Origin: Tepidiformaceae bacterium
Lineage (GTDB): Bacteria > Chloroflexota > Dehalococcoidia > Tepidiformales > Tepidiformaceae
Direction of reading: 5' to 3'
NCBI GenBank assembly: GCA_963422605.2
Contig: CAXXUF010000002.1
Span: 1,781,848-1,845,847 of the forward strand
Length of the DNA stretch: 64,000 bases
In this document: positions 38,888 through 46,629 of the stretch, in pieces
Numbering within the stretch: the stretch's first letter is position 1
Layout: every line of letters begins with the position of its first letter
Position numbers and translations under genes: made by a program
Notes under the pieces: model-generated
The model's input: only the letters and a program-made list of their open reading frames with translations
The model's database searches: none
Told to the model about the DNA's origin: nothing

Positions 38888-40559
38888 GCGGCTGACCGTC
38901 ACCGACTTCGCCGTGGCCCGTGCGGTCAGTCTCGCGCCCGGCCCCGGGCTGAATGTGATTACAGGCGAGACGGGTGCGGGCAAGTCCATCGTCGTCGATG
39001 CGCTCGATTTCCTCTTCGGTGGCCGCCATGGACGCGATGCCGTGGCGGACGGCGCGGAGCGCGCCTGCGTGCGCGCGGACGTGTGCGCGGGCGGAAAGCG
39101 GCTGACGGTGGAGCGCACGCTGCGCCTGTCCGGGCGCACGGCGGGGCGAATCGACGGCGAGGCCGCGTCCGCCGAGCGCCTGCGCTCGCTCGGCTCACAG
39201 GTCATCGATATCCACGGGCAGGCGCAGCAGCTCACGCTGCTCCGCCCGGCGGTCCAGCTGGCCGTGCTCGACGCCTTCGCCGGTCTGCGTGGCCAGCGCG
39301 AGGCGCTGACTGCGCAGGTCCGCGCGCTGCGCGCGCTGCGGCGGGAGATCGAGGCCGCCTGCACGGATTCGCGCGAGCGTGAGCGGCTGCTCGATCAGCT
39401 GCGCTACGAGATTGCGGAGATAGAGAGCGCGGGCCTCGTCCCCGGCGAGGACGCCGCCCTCCGCCAGGAGCAGCGCCGCCTCGCCGGTGCGGAGCGGCTG
39501 CTGGCGGCCTCGGCGGCGGCGCTCGACGCACTCGATGCGCCTCCCGTCGCCGAGGCGGTCGCGGCCCTCCACGAGATCGGCGAGCGCGACCCTGCTGCCG
39601 GGGAGCTGGCCGCCGAGGGCGCCCTCCTCGAATCAACCGTAGCCGGCCTTGCCCGCTCCCTGCGTGCGTACCGTGAGACGCTGGAAGAGGATCCCGCGCG
39701 CCTCGACGCACTCGCCGCGCGCCTCGATGTGATCGCGCGCCTGCGCCGCAAGTACGGCGAGAGCGTCGCCGGTATCCTTGACTATGGTGAAGCGGCGCGG
39801 CGGCGCCTCGACGTGATCGAGACGGCGGGTGCATCGATCGAGGCGCTCCGCGATCGCGAAGTCGCGCTCGCGGCGGAGGCGGCAGAGGCCGCCTGCTCGC
39901 TCTCGCACGCGCGCCGCGATGCGGCCAGGCGCCTCGTCGTGGCGGTCGCGGAGGAGCTCGCGCGCCTGGAGATGCAGGGTGCCACGCTCGCCGCGGGCTT
40001 CGCCTGCGAGGACGACCCCGCGGGTCTTGCCGTCGCCCTCCCCGACTACGAGGTCGTCGCGCCCGGCGGAACCGCTGCTCGCAGCGGTGAATCGGTTTCG
40101 CGCGCCTTCACCGAGTCTGGTGTTGATCAGCTGGAGCTGCTGGCGTCGTTCAACCCCGGGTCTCAGCCGCGGCCCCTCGCCAGCGTCGCCAGCGGTGGCG
40201 AGACCTCGCGTTTCCTGCTCGCGCTCACCACCGTGCTTGGCGCCGCAGCCGATCCCCGCCTCGTCGTCCTCGACGAGGTCGATGAGGGCGTGGGGGGACG
40301 CGCGGGCGCGGTCGTGGGGGAAGCGCTCCGCCGCCTCGCCGAGCGCCATCAGGTGCTGTGCGTGACGCATCTCCCGCAGGTGGCTGCCTTCGCCGAGCAC
40401 CACTTCGTGGTCACAAAGGAGAGCGGGCAGGCGCGCACGTGGAGCGACATCCGCGAGGTGCGCGCCGAAGCGCGCCGGGACGAGATCGCGCTCATGCTGG
40501 GTGGCGATACGCCAGCCAACCGCACCGCCGCCGAGGGCCTGCTGGCGGCTGCGGAGTGA
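38874..40559 (+). CDS. recN: DNA repair protein RecN
   Basis: 561 aa, MTVIERLTVTDFAVA...NVITGETGAGKSIVVDAL (Walker A), long coiled coil, C-terminal SGGETSRFLLAL...LVVLDEVDEGVGG. Completes the conserved tlyA-nadK-recN order. Confidence 0.95.
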   Translation: MTVIERLTVTDFAVARAVSLAPGPGLNVITGETGAGKSIVVDALDFLFGGRHGRDAVADGAERACVRADVCAGGKRLTVERTLRLSGRTAGRIDGEAASAERLRSLGSQVIDIHGQAQQLTLLRPAVQLAVLDAFAGLRGQREALTAQVRALRALRREIEAACTDSRERERLLDQLRYEIAEIESAGLVPGEDAALRQEQRRLAGAERLLAASAAALDALDAPPVAEAVAALHEIGERDPAAGELAAEGALLESTVAGLARSLRAYRETLEEDPARLDALAARLDVIARLRRKYGESVAGILDYGEAARRRLDVIETAGASIEALRDREVALAAEAAEAACSLSHARRDAARRLVVAVAEELARLEMQGATLAAGFACEDDPAGLAVALPDYEVVAPGGTAARSGESVSRAFTESGVDQLELLASFNPGSQPRPLASVASGGETSRFLLALTTVLGAAADPRLVVLDEVDEGVGGRAGAVVGEALRRLAERHQVLCVTHLPQVAAFAEHHFVVTKESGQARTWSDIREVRAEARRDEIALMLGGDTPANRTAAEGLLAAAE

Positions 40560-40563
40560 ATCG

Positions 40564-41157
40564 CTACGAGTAGCGCTGCTCCTGCCAGGGGTCACCGTAC
40601 ATGTGGTAGCCGTACATCTCCCAGAAGCCCGGGCGGTCCTCGGCGATGAACTGCAGGCCGCCCACCCATTTCGCGCTCTTCCAGAAGTAGAGGTTGGGCA
40701 CGACGAGGCGCATGGGCCAGCCGTGCTCCTTCGTGAGCGGCTCGCCGTTGTGTGTTCGCGCGAAGAGCACGCCCTCGGCGAGCAGATCATCGAGGGGCAC
40801 GTTGGTCGTGTAGCCACCGTAACTGTGCACCATGGCGACCTTTGCCTCGGGCTTCACCTGGATCGCCTCGTAGAGGGCGCGGAAAGGCACGCCCGCCCAC
40901 TCGTTGTCGAACTTGCTCCAGGTCGTCACGCAGTGGATGTCGCTCGTATCGGCCACTTCGCCGAGGGCGTTGAACTCGTCCCAGGTGAACTTGCGTTCCT
41001 CTTCGACGAGGCCCCAGACGTGGAAGCGCCAGGCCTCGGTGTCCAGCCGCGGGATGGCGCCGTAGTGGAGCACGGGCCAGCCCTCGGTGAGCCGCTGACC
41101 GGGCGGGAGCCGGAGCCGGCCGTCGGGGCGCACTTCGCGCGTCGCACTCTGAGTCAT
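40564..41157 (-). CDS. Sulfite-oxidase-like molybdopterin-binding oxidoreductase (small, about 197 aa)
   Basis: Track ORF 40564..41490 trimmed to ATG 41157 (MTQSATREVRPDGRLRLPPGQRLTEGWPVLHYG...IHCVTTWSKFDNEWAGV...GWPMRLVVPNLYFWKSAKWV). Oxidored_molyb pattern. Confidence 0.85.
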   Translation of the reverse strand: MTQSATREVRPDGRLRLPPGQRLTEGWPVLHYGAIPRLDTEAWRFHVWGLVEEERKFTWDEFNALGEVADTSDIHCVTTWSKFDNEWAGVPFRALYEAIQVKPEAKVAMVHSYGGYTTNVPLDDLLAEGVLFARTHNGEPLTKEHGWPMRLVVPNLYFWKSAKWVGGLQFIAEDRPGFWEMYGYHMYGDPWQEQRYS

Positions 41158-41195
41158 GGCGGTGAAGCTCCAGGGGAAGGTAGTCGCACTCCAGC

Positions 41196-42398
41196 CTACG
41201 GGCGTGCCCGCGATTGCGGCAAGGCCGCCCGCGACGCGCGCGCGTCCTGGCGGCGCAGCAACGCGGCGGCGAGGGGGGCGAGCGGCCCCGCGCGTCGCGC
41301 CTCGCGGGCGTAGCTCGATTCGCCGCGCTGTACCGCGAAGAACGAGCTCCACAGGAATGGTGTGTGCGCGCTCGCGAGCATCCAGGGCCGCGCCGCGCGC
41401 TGCAGCGTGCCGTAGAACATGTAAGCGATCGTCCGCGCGGCGGTGAGTTCCGGCTGAATCTCCGCTTCCACGCTGGCCTGGTAGCGCCACAGGCCGCCGC
41501 CGTCTGCAAGCATGCGCAGGGTGTCGCGCGCGGCGAGCCTGCCCGAATGGATAGCGTAGGAGATGCCCTCCTCGGTGAACTCATCGGCGAGGCCCGCCGC
41601 GTCGCCCGCGAGCGCAACCCGCTCGCTCGCGATCGGCTCTCCGCCGCGGCGGAGGCGGATTTTGTGGCCCCGCGCGATCGCCACCTCCGCGTCCTCCAGG
41701 CCGAGCCGTGCGCGGTAGCGTTCGACGAGCGCCTTCATGCGTCCCGCCTGCTCGCGCGGTAGCACGATACCGATGGAGAGCAGATCCTCCTTGGGGAAGA
41801 GCCAGGCGTAACCGCGGGGGTCGTAGCCGAGGTCGATGAGCGCCGACGCCTCCCCGTCCGTGTTGCGTCGCGGGCGGCCCCGCACCTCCACCTCCCAGGC
41901 GGCGCACTCGGCAAGGCCTTGCCCCAGCCCCGCCATCCGCCCCACCGGCGAATGCGCGCCGTCGGCGCAGATGAGCGCCTCCGCCTCCGCCTCGAAACCG
42001 TCCGCACGAACGCGCGCGCGACCGTTGAGGTCGAGCTCCCGCACGGTGGTGTCCGTGCGTACCTCCGCGCCCGCGTGCTGCGCGTGCTCCAGCAGGAGGG
42101 CGTCGAAGCGATCGCGCATAACCATGCGCGCGAAGGGGCCGTGGGGGGAGCGCTTCGTGAACAGTTGAGCCCCACGCGCCGAGACCTCGATCTGCGCGAC
42201 CGAGTCCTCCACGACGCTGTCGATGGGGAAAGGCAGCAAGCGCTCCGCACGCAGGGGAACGCCCCCACCGCAGGCCTTGTAGCGCGGCCACGCGGCGCGC
42301 TCGACGACGAGCACGCGCACGCCCGAGGCGGCGAGCTCGCGCGCGGTCGTGCTCCCCGCCGGTCCCGCGCCCACTACGATCACGTCGAACGCGCGCAT
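41196..42398 (-). CDS. Geranylgeranyl reductase family FAD-dependent oxidoreductase
   Basis: Track ORF 41196..42809 trimmed to ATG 42398 (MRAFDVIVVGAGPAGSTTARELAASGVRVLVVER...ICADGAHSPV...ALAGDAAGLADEFTEEGISYA). Confidence 0.85.
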   Translation of the reverse strand: MRAFDVIVVGAGPAGSTTARELAASGVRVLVVERAAWPRYKACGGGVPLRAERLLPFPIDSVVEDSVAQIEVSARGAQLFTKRSPHGPFARMVMRDRFDALLLEHAQHAGAEVRTDTTVRELDLNGRARVRADGFEAEAEALICADGAHSPVGRMAGLGQGLAECAAWEVEVRGRPRRNTDGEASALIDLGYDPRGYAWLFPKEDLLSIGIVLPREQAGRMKALVERYRARLGLEDAEVAIARGHKIRLRRGGEPIASERVALAGDAAGLADEFTEEGISYAIHSGRLAARDTLRMLADGGGLWRYQASVEAEIQPELTAARTIAYMFYGTLQRAARPWMLASAHTPFLWSSFFAVQRGESSYAREARRAGPLAPLAAALLRRQDARASRAALPQSRARP

Positions 42399-42479
42399 GC
42401 CCGGGGATTCTAGCGGTAGCGGCTTCTCTGCGGCGTGCGCCTTGACGGGGCCGTACAATCTGTGGCGCGGAGGAACGGC

Positions 42480-42563
42480 GTGCCGCTGAACTGGTTCCTG
42501 ATCAATACCATCCCCGTCGCCATCATCGGGGCGTCGATCGGCTGGCTGCTCGGCGAGCTCTGA
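42480..42563 (+). CDS. Candidate 27-aa hydrophobic micro-protein (not in the ORF track)
   Basis: My own translation: GTG 42480 preceded by GGAGG (42469-42473) at 6-nt spacing gives MPLNWFLINTIPVAIIGASIGWLLGEL, ending at TGA 42561-42563. One predicted TM helix. Confidence 0.35.
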   Translation: MPLNWFLINTIPVAIIGASIGWLLGEL

Positions 42564-42593
42564 TCGCGCCGGCGCTGCGTTGCGCGGGAGGGC

Positions 42594-42854
42594 TTGCCCA
42601 TGCCTGCGATGGGCGCGTACCTTCACCTCGCCATGAGCGCGCCAATCGGAACGAGCGCGAGCGAGTTGTACGCCGCCGTTCTCGTGGCGGAGGGCGCCGC
42701 CGCCCTTGAGCGCGCCGCGGACGAGTGGCTCGACGCCCACATCGCAAACGAGGTCGTCTCGATGCAGCTCGCTCCGGTAACGGCGTCCGGCAGCGGGGAC
42801 CGGCTCCACCTGCTCATCGTCTACAAGGGAGGGCGTCGGGTGCGGCGCGCGTGA
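42594..42854 (+). CDS. Hypothetical small protein (86 aa or shorter)
   Basis: Track ORF ...MSAPIGTSASELYAAVLVAEGAAALERAADEWLDAHIANEVVSMQLAPVTASGSGDRLHLLIVYKG. Its stop overlaps the next gene's start (GTGA). I recognise no family. Confidence 0.45.
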   Translation: MPMPAMGAYLHLAMSAPIGTSASELYAAVLVAEGAAALERAADEWLDAHIANEVVSMQLAPVTASGSGDRLHLLIVYKGGRRVRRA

Positions 42855-43201
42855 GCACGTTCATCCGCACACGTAACAACGTTGCCGGCAAGGCCGTGAT
42901 TGCGGAGAAGCGCGAGCTTCCCGGGAGCGGCACCCTCGACTTCGACGTGCCCGCCGGTACCGGCGGACGCTGGCTCGTCGTCGAGTTCGAGCCGGGGAAG
43001 TCGACGGGCTGGCACGCCGTCCACTGCGACGTCTACGTCTACATTGCGAAAGGTCAGCTGGCGTTTGACCTCGACGGCGGCGAGTCGGTGACCGTCCGGG
43101 AGGGCGACCTCGTGATCGAGGGCGACAACACGCTTCACTCGTGGACAAACACCGGCGATGGCCCTGCCAGGGTCTCCGCGATCGAGATCGACCTGCCGTA
43201 G
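42851..43201 (+). CDS. Cupin domain protein
   Basis: From GTG 42851: VSTFIRTRNNVAGKAVIAEK...EFEPGKSTGWHAVHCDVYVYIAKGQLAFDLDGGESVTVREGDLVIEGDNTLHSWTNTGDGPARV. This is the cupin_2 pattern (G..h.H......vl.G......g......GD...........H...N). Confidence 0.75.
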   Translation: MSTFIRTRNNVAGKAVIAEKRELPGSGTLDFDVPAGTGGRWLVVEFEPGKSTGWHAVHCDVYVYIAKGQLAFDLDGGESVTVREGDLVIEGDNTLHSWTNTGDGPARVSAIEIDLP

Positions 43202-43220
43202 CGGGCAGGCCGCCGTGTGC

Positions 43221-43673
43221 TCAACCGATGGGCGCGGGCGCTTGCGAGAGCAGCTCGATGGTGTTGCCGTCGGGGTCCCAGCCGTAGACGACGCGGATGC
43301 CGCCCTCGTAGTCGAGCACCCCGGACTTGAATTCCATGCCCGCGGCCTTCAGGCGAGCGTACTCCTCGTCGGCTGAGTCTACGCTCACGCAGAGGTGGAA
43401 GCCGCCCACGTCGGAGGTGCGCAGGGGGTTGCGTTCGTAGCCCGCGGGCGCGTGATAGGTGATGAGTTCGAGCGCGTAGCCGTTCAGGTTGAGCACGGCT
43501 GCCGTGATGTCCGTCCCGGGGATGGCCTGAAGCGTCTCGATGAACTCGTTGTCGAGGTGCAGGCGCGTGCCCGTGTCCGCGAAGCCGAGGAGCTGGTAGA
43601 AGGCGATCGCGCGATCGAGATCACGCACCGTGATCGAGGTGTGGCCCACTCCGCGGATGCCCATCGCCTTCAC
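43221..43673 (-). CDS. VOC (glyoxalase/bleomycin-resistance/dioxygenase) family protein
   Basis: 150 aa, GVGHTSITVRDLDRAIAFYQLLGF...GGFHLCVSVDSADEEYARLKAAGMEF...DPDGNTIELL. Confidence 0.85.
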   Translation of the reverse strand: MKAMGIRGVGHTSITVRDLDRAIAFYQLLGFADTGTRLHLDNEFIETLQAIPGTDITAAVLNLNGYALELITYHAPAGYERNPLRTSDVGGFHLCVSVDSADEEYARLKAAGMEFKSGVLDYEGGIRVVYGWDPDGNTIELLSQAPAPIG

Positions 43674-43700
43674 TCCTCGCCCGCGCCCGGCGGGCGCATG

Positions 43701-44462
43701 CTAGCGGGCCGATACGCCCGAATCCACCATCAGGCTGTTTCCCACGATGTACCCCGCGCTCTCTTCGCTGAGGAGGAACGCGCACGCCTCGGCGATGTCG
43801 CGCGGGCCGCAGATCGCGCCCGTGGCCGTCTGCTGGCCCATGCGCTCGCGTGCTCCCTCCTCGGCCAGGATGTCCTCGGTCATGCCGCTCTCGACGAAGC
43901 CCGGGCAGATGGAGTTGACGCGGATGCCGTGCGGAAGCAACTCGATCGCCATCGAGCGGGAGAGCGCCGCCACCCCGCCCTTCGAGGCGGAGTAGGCGGC
44001 GAGGTTGGGCAGGCCCATCACCGCCGCCACCGAGGCGACGTTCACGATCGCGCCCTTGCGCCCGTCCGCCACCATCGCCTTCGCCACTGCCTGCCCGATG
44101 ACGAACGTGCCCGTCAGGTTCACCGCGATGACCTCGTGCCATGTCGCCAGATCGGTTTCGAGCGTGCCCGCGTAGCGCAGGATGGCGCCGCAATGGACGA
44201 GCCCGTCGATGCCGCCCCAGGCCGAGCGTACCTGCGCGACGAACCGCTCCACGGCCTCCGGGTCGGCTACGCTGACAGGCCCGGCGATGACCTCGTGGCC
44301 AGCCTCCAACAGCATGCGCTCTGTCTCCGCGAGGCCCGCCGCCGCCGGATCGAGGATGGCGATGCGCGCGCCGCGCTCCGCGAGCAGCTCTGCCACACCC
44401 CGCCCCATCCCCGAGGCCGCGCCTGTGACGATAATCGCCTTCCCCGCGAACGACGCGCTCAT
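43701..44462 (-). CDS. SDR-family oxidoreductase
   Basis: 253 aa, GKAIIVTGAASGMGRG (TGxxxGxG), NVAS...YSASKGG (YxxxK). Its ATG overlaps the stop of the GHKL ATPase gene (ATGA at 44459-44462). Confidence 0.9.
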   Translation of the reverse strand: MSASFAGKAIIVTGAASGMGRGVAELLAERGARIAILDPAAAGLAETERMLLEAGHEVIAGPVSVADPEAVERFVAQVRSAWGGIDGLVHCGAILRYAGTLETDLATWHEVIAVNLTGTFVIGQAVAKAMVADGRKGAIVNVASVAAVMGLPNLAAYSASKGGVAALSRSMAIELLPHGIRVNSICPGFVESGMTEDILAEEGARERMGQQTATGAICGPRDIAEACAFLLSEESAGYIVGNSLMVDSGVSAR

Positions 44463-46000
44463 TGCGTTGCCCTTCCCGCAGGAAGCGCGGGCCCCTTGTC
44501 CAGCCAGATGATCTGGTCAAACAGGTCACGAGCCTCCGCAACCGAGGCTGAATCCTCATCGACGAGATGTCTGACCAGTGATTCAAATACGTAGTCCTCA
44601 TTGCTCCCGAGGGATGTATAGAGGGGGTAATCCGTGTTCACGACGATGGAGCGTATCCCGTCGTCAGCGTCGCGCCACTGTGTTCGAGACGTTTGCGCTC
44701 CGAGCGCATCCAGGATGACTGGCGGGATCTCGCTAACCCGGCGAAGCAGCCGGCCAACTGGATCGTCTGGTGGGGGTGTCCGTTCCGTGATGGGGCGTCG
44801 CTTCCTCGTTGAAGACGCCTCTGTGCGAGTCGTCCCCTCCCGCTCTGGCCGTTTGCGTCCGCCCGGTCCGGTGCCCTCACCAGAGGGCTCCCGCCCGTTC
44901 TGGCTGTGGGGCAGATGTAGGCTCTGCAGCTTCCGAAAGGCCTCTTGCACGCGGCGGCGTGCGCTGTTTGCACGCTTCCGTTCCTCGCGAGAGGCTGGCC
45001 GTGACTCCGAGATACGACCGAGATGCGTGACGACGGGCTGCATGCGCTCGTGCATGAATTTCTCCAGTGCCGTCCACGCGTCGCTGTCTTGAGACCATCC
45101 GGTCTTCACCAGGTTTGGCTTTAGTCCGCGTCCCCGAATCTCGATCTCGCCGTAGACCCGCTGTAGGTTGCCCTTGCCGGAGAGCTTGTGTTCGAACTCT
45201 TCGCCGTCGGTGATCTTGCGTCCGTTGAACTCGGTTCGGACTCCAGCGGTGATGCGGCTGCCTCGTGCGTCGGGAACCCTGTCCCGGTCGATGGCGCCCA
45301 CCTGCCCGACCACCCGGACGCCCGGAAAAACCTCGATTCGGGGAATCTTCACGATATCGATTGAGGATGACCACGGAATGGCGCGCGTGGCGACTGCCTT
45401 GCCGTTGACCTGGATTGTGCACTCGTCCCTCTCGATGAGGGAGCGATAGGTATCCGCCAGCCGCCCGGACAGAATCCCGACCTCGTAGCGATTCTTCCTC
45501 AGCCCGCTGAGGGTAACTTTCGTGAAGCCAGTCCCTGGCGGCGGGGCTTGGTGGGGCCAGCGCAACGCAGATTGTGGTAGATTAGTGATAGGCGACGAAT
45601 CCAGAGCCTCCTCCCGACTGCCCCAACAGGGATCGTGAAACCGCCAGATTTCTTCTTCACCGGACTTGCGGCACACGATCTCCAGCCCCTCGGCCAGATA
45701 GATTGCTGCGGACTTGCCGCCGATGTGGTACTGACCGATGTCACCGGCGGCGTGTTGCGGGCCTTCGCCCCAGAGAATCCAATCCTGCAAGCCCTGGTCG
45801 TTCATACCCTCGCCACCCTCGTCAGTGATGGTGACGCGGTCGTGCTTCTTGTCGATCGTGATCGAGATGGTCAGACGCCGCCCGCGACGTTTATCGAACG
45901 GGTTATCGATCAGCTCCATCAGCGCCTCGGCGACGGATTTGTAGTTGTTTGCCACCGCCAGCATCGCGCTACGCCCGAAGCTCTCGGTGATCGCGGTCAC
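44459..46000 (-). CDS. GHKL-superfamily (MORC / HATPase_c_3-like) ATPase with a disordered basic linker and an unknown C-terminal domain
   Basis: 513 aa. Bergerat-fold motifs: N box EALMELIDNPFD, G1 box ITDEGGEGM (DxGxG), G2 IGQYHIGGKSAAIYL. After these come a beta-rich middle region, an ~90-aa R/K/E/P-rich linker (RPASREERKRANSARRR...RKRRPITERTPPPDD), and a ~90-aa globular tail. AT-richer than the flanks: 58% GC by hand count at 45601-45660. Confidence 0.85.
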   Translation of the reverse strand: MTAITESFGRSAMLAVANNYKSVAEALMELIDNPFDKRRGRRLTISITIDKKHDRVTITDEGGEGMNDQGLQDWILWGEGPQHAAGDIGQYHIGGKSAAIYLAEGLEIVCRKSGEEEIWRFHDPCWGSREEALDSSPITNLPQSALRWPHQAPPPGTGFTKVTLSGLRKNRYEVGILSGRLADTYRSLIERDECTIQVNGKAVATRAIPWSSSIDIVKIPRIEVFPGVRVVGQVGAIDRDRVPDARGSRITAGVRTEFNGRKITDGEEFEHKLSGKGNLQRVYGEIEIRGRGLKPNLVKTGWSQDSDAWTALEKFMHERMQPVVTHLGRISESRPASREERKRANSARRRVQEAFRKLQSLHLPHSQNGREPSGEGTGPGGRKRPEREGTTRTEASSTRKRRPITERTPPPDDPVGRLLRRVSEIPPVILDALGAQTSRTQWRDADDGIRSIVVNTDYPLYTSLGSNEDYVFESLVRHLVDEDSASVAEARDLFDQIIWLDKGPALPAGRATQ

Positions 46001-46461
46001 TGGGTTGCCTCCTTCAATGCGTAGGTTCCCCGTGCGACCCGCTCGAGGCGCGGGTCGTTGAAGTATCGGGAAAGCAGTGTGTTTGCGGGGTCTTTTCCTC
46101 CTACAGCCAAGCCACGCTGCGCAAGCGCCTGGTAGAGCTGGCGGTAGTGTGTTGGTTGGCCAATCTCCGCCAGGTAGTCCACAACGAGGTCTGCGTCCGC
46201 TACACGCCGGGATTTGGATGCCGATGCGGGCGCGGCAAAACCCGGGTCAGGCGCTTCCTCGTCGTCCTCGATAGGAAGCACCCCTTGAAGCCCTTGCAGG
46301 TGGCCTACTGCCTCTGCTACGCGATTGCGCTTTCGCTGAAGGGCGGCCAGCTCTGCGTCGAGCTCTCGCAGATTCGCTTCAAGGCGACTGAGCTCCTGCC
46401 TGGCCTGCGCCTGGAATTCACTGGCAAAGCTGGGTTGGGGGTCTGTGTCAGTGCGCTGCAT
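45997..46461 (-). CDS. Coiled-coil protein with C-terminal HARE-HTH-like winged helix
   Basis: 154 aa. Strong SD (AGGAGGGA, 6 nt before ATG 46461). Coiled coil ELSRLEANLRELDAELAALQRKRNRVAEAV, acidic linker IEDDEEAPDPG. The C-terminus ADLVVDYLAEIGQPTHYRQLYQALAQRGLAVGGKDPANTLLSRYFNDPRLERVARGTYALKE fits the HARE-HTH pattern ending in rG.Y.L. ATGA overlap with the GHKL gene. Confidence 0.8.
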   Translation of the reverse strand: MQRTDTDPQPSFASEFQAQARQELSRLEANLRELDAELAALQRKRNRVAEAVGHLQGLQGVLPIEDDEEAPDPGFAAPASASKSRRVADADLVVDYLAEIGQPTHYRQLYQALAQRGLAVGGKDPANTLLSRYFNDPRLERVARGTYALKEATQ

Positions 46462-46582
46462 TGGCGATCCCTCCTACACGTGACTGGCGAGGAGGGGGGC
46501 TCCAGAGGAGGAAAGCATTCAGGAGCACTCCCCTTCCCGCCTGTGCAATAATGGGAGATGCCCATGAATTGGCCAAGTGGGT

Positions 46583-46608
46583 GGGGAGAACAATTGGGGA
46601 GAACAATT
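46583..46608. repeat. Perfect 13-bp tandem repeat GGGGAGAACAATT x2, each junction forming a CAATTG palindrome
   Basis: Read directly: 46583-46595 equals 46596-46608. It lies in the 168-bp spacer upstream of the HARE-HTH/GHKL operon, next to a TTGGCCAA palindrome (46569-46576). Confidence 0.9.
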
Positions 46609-46629
46609 GGCTTGCCAGCCTGCCGCTGG

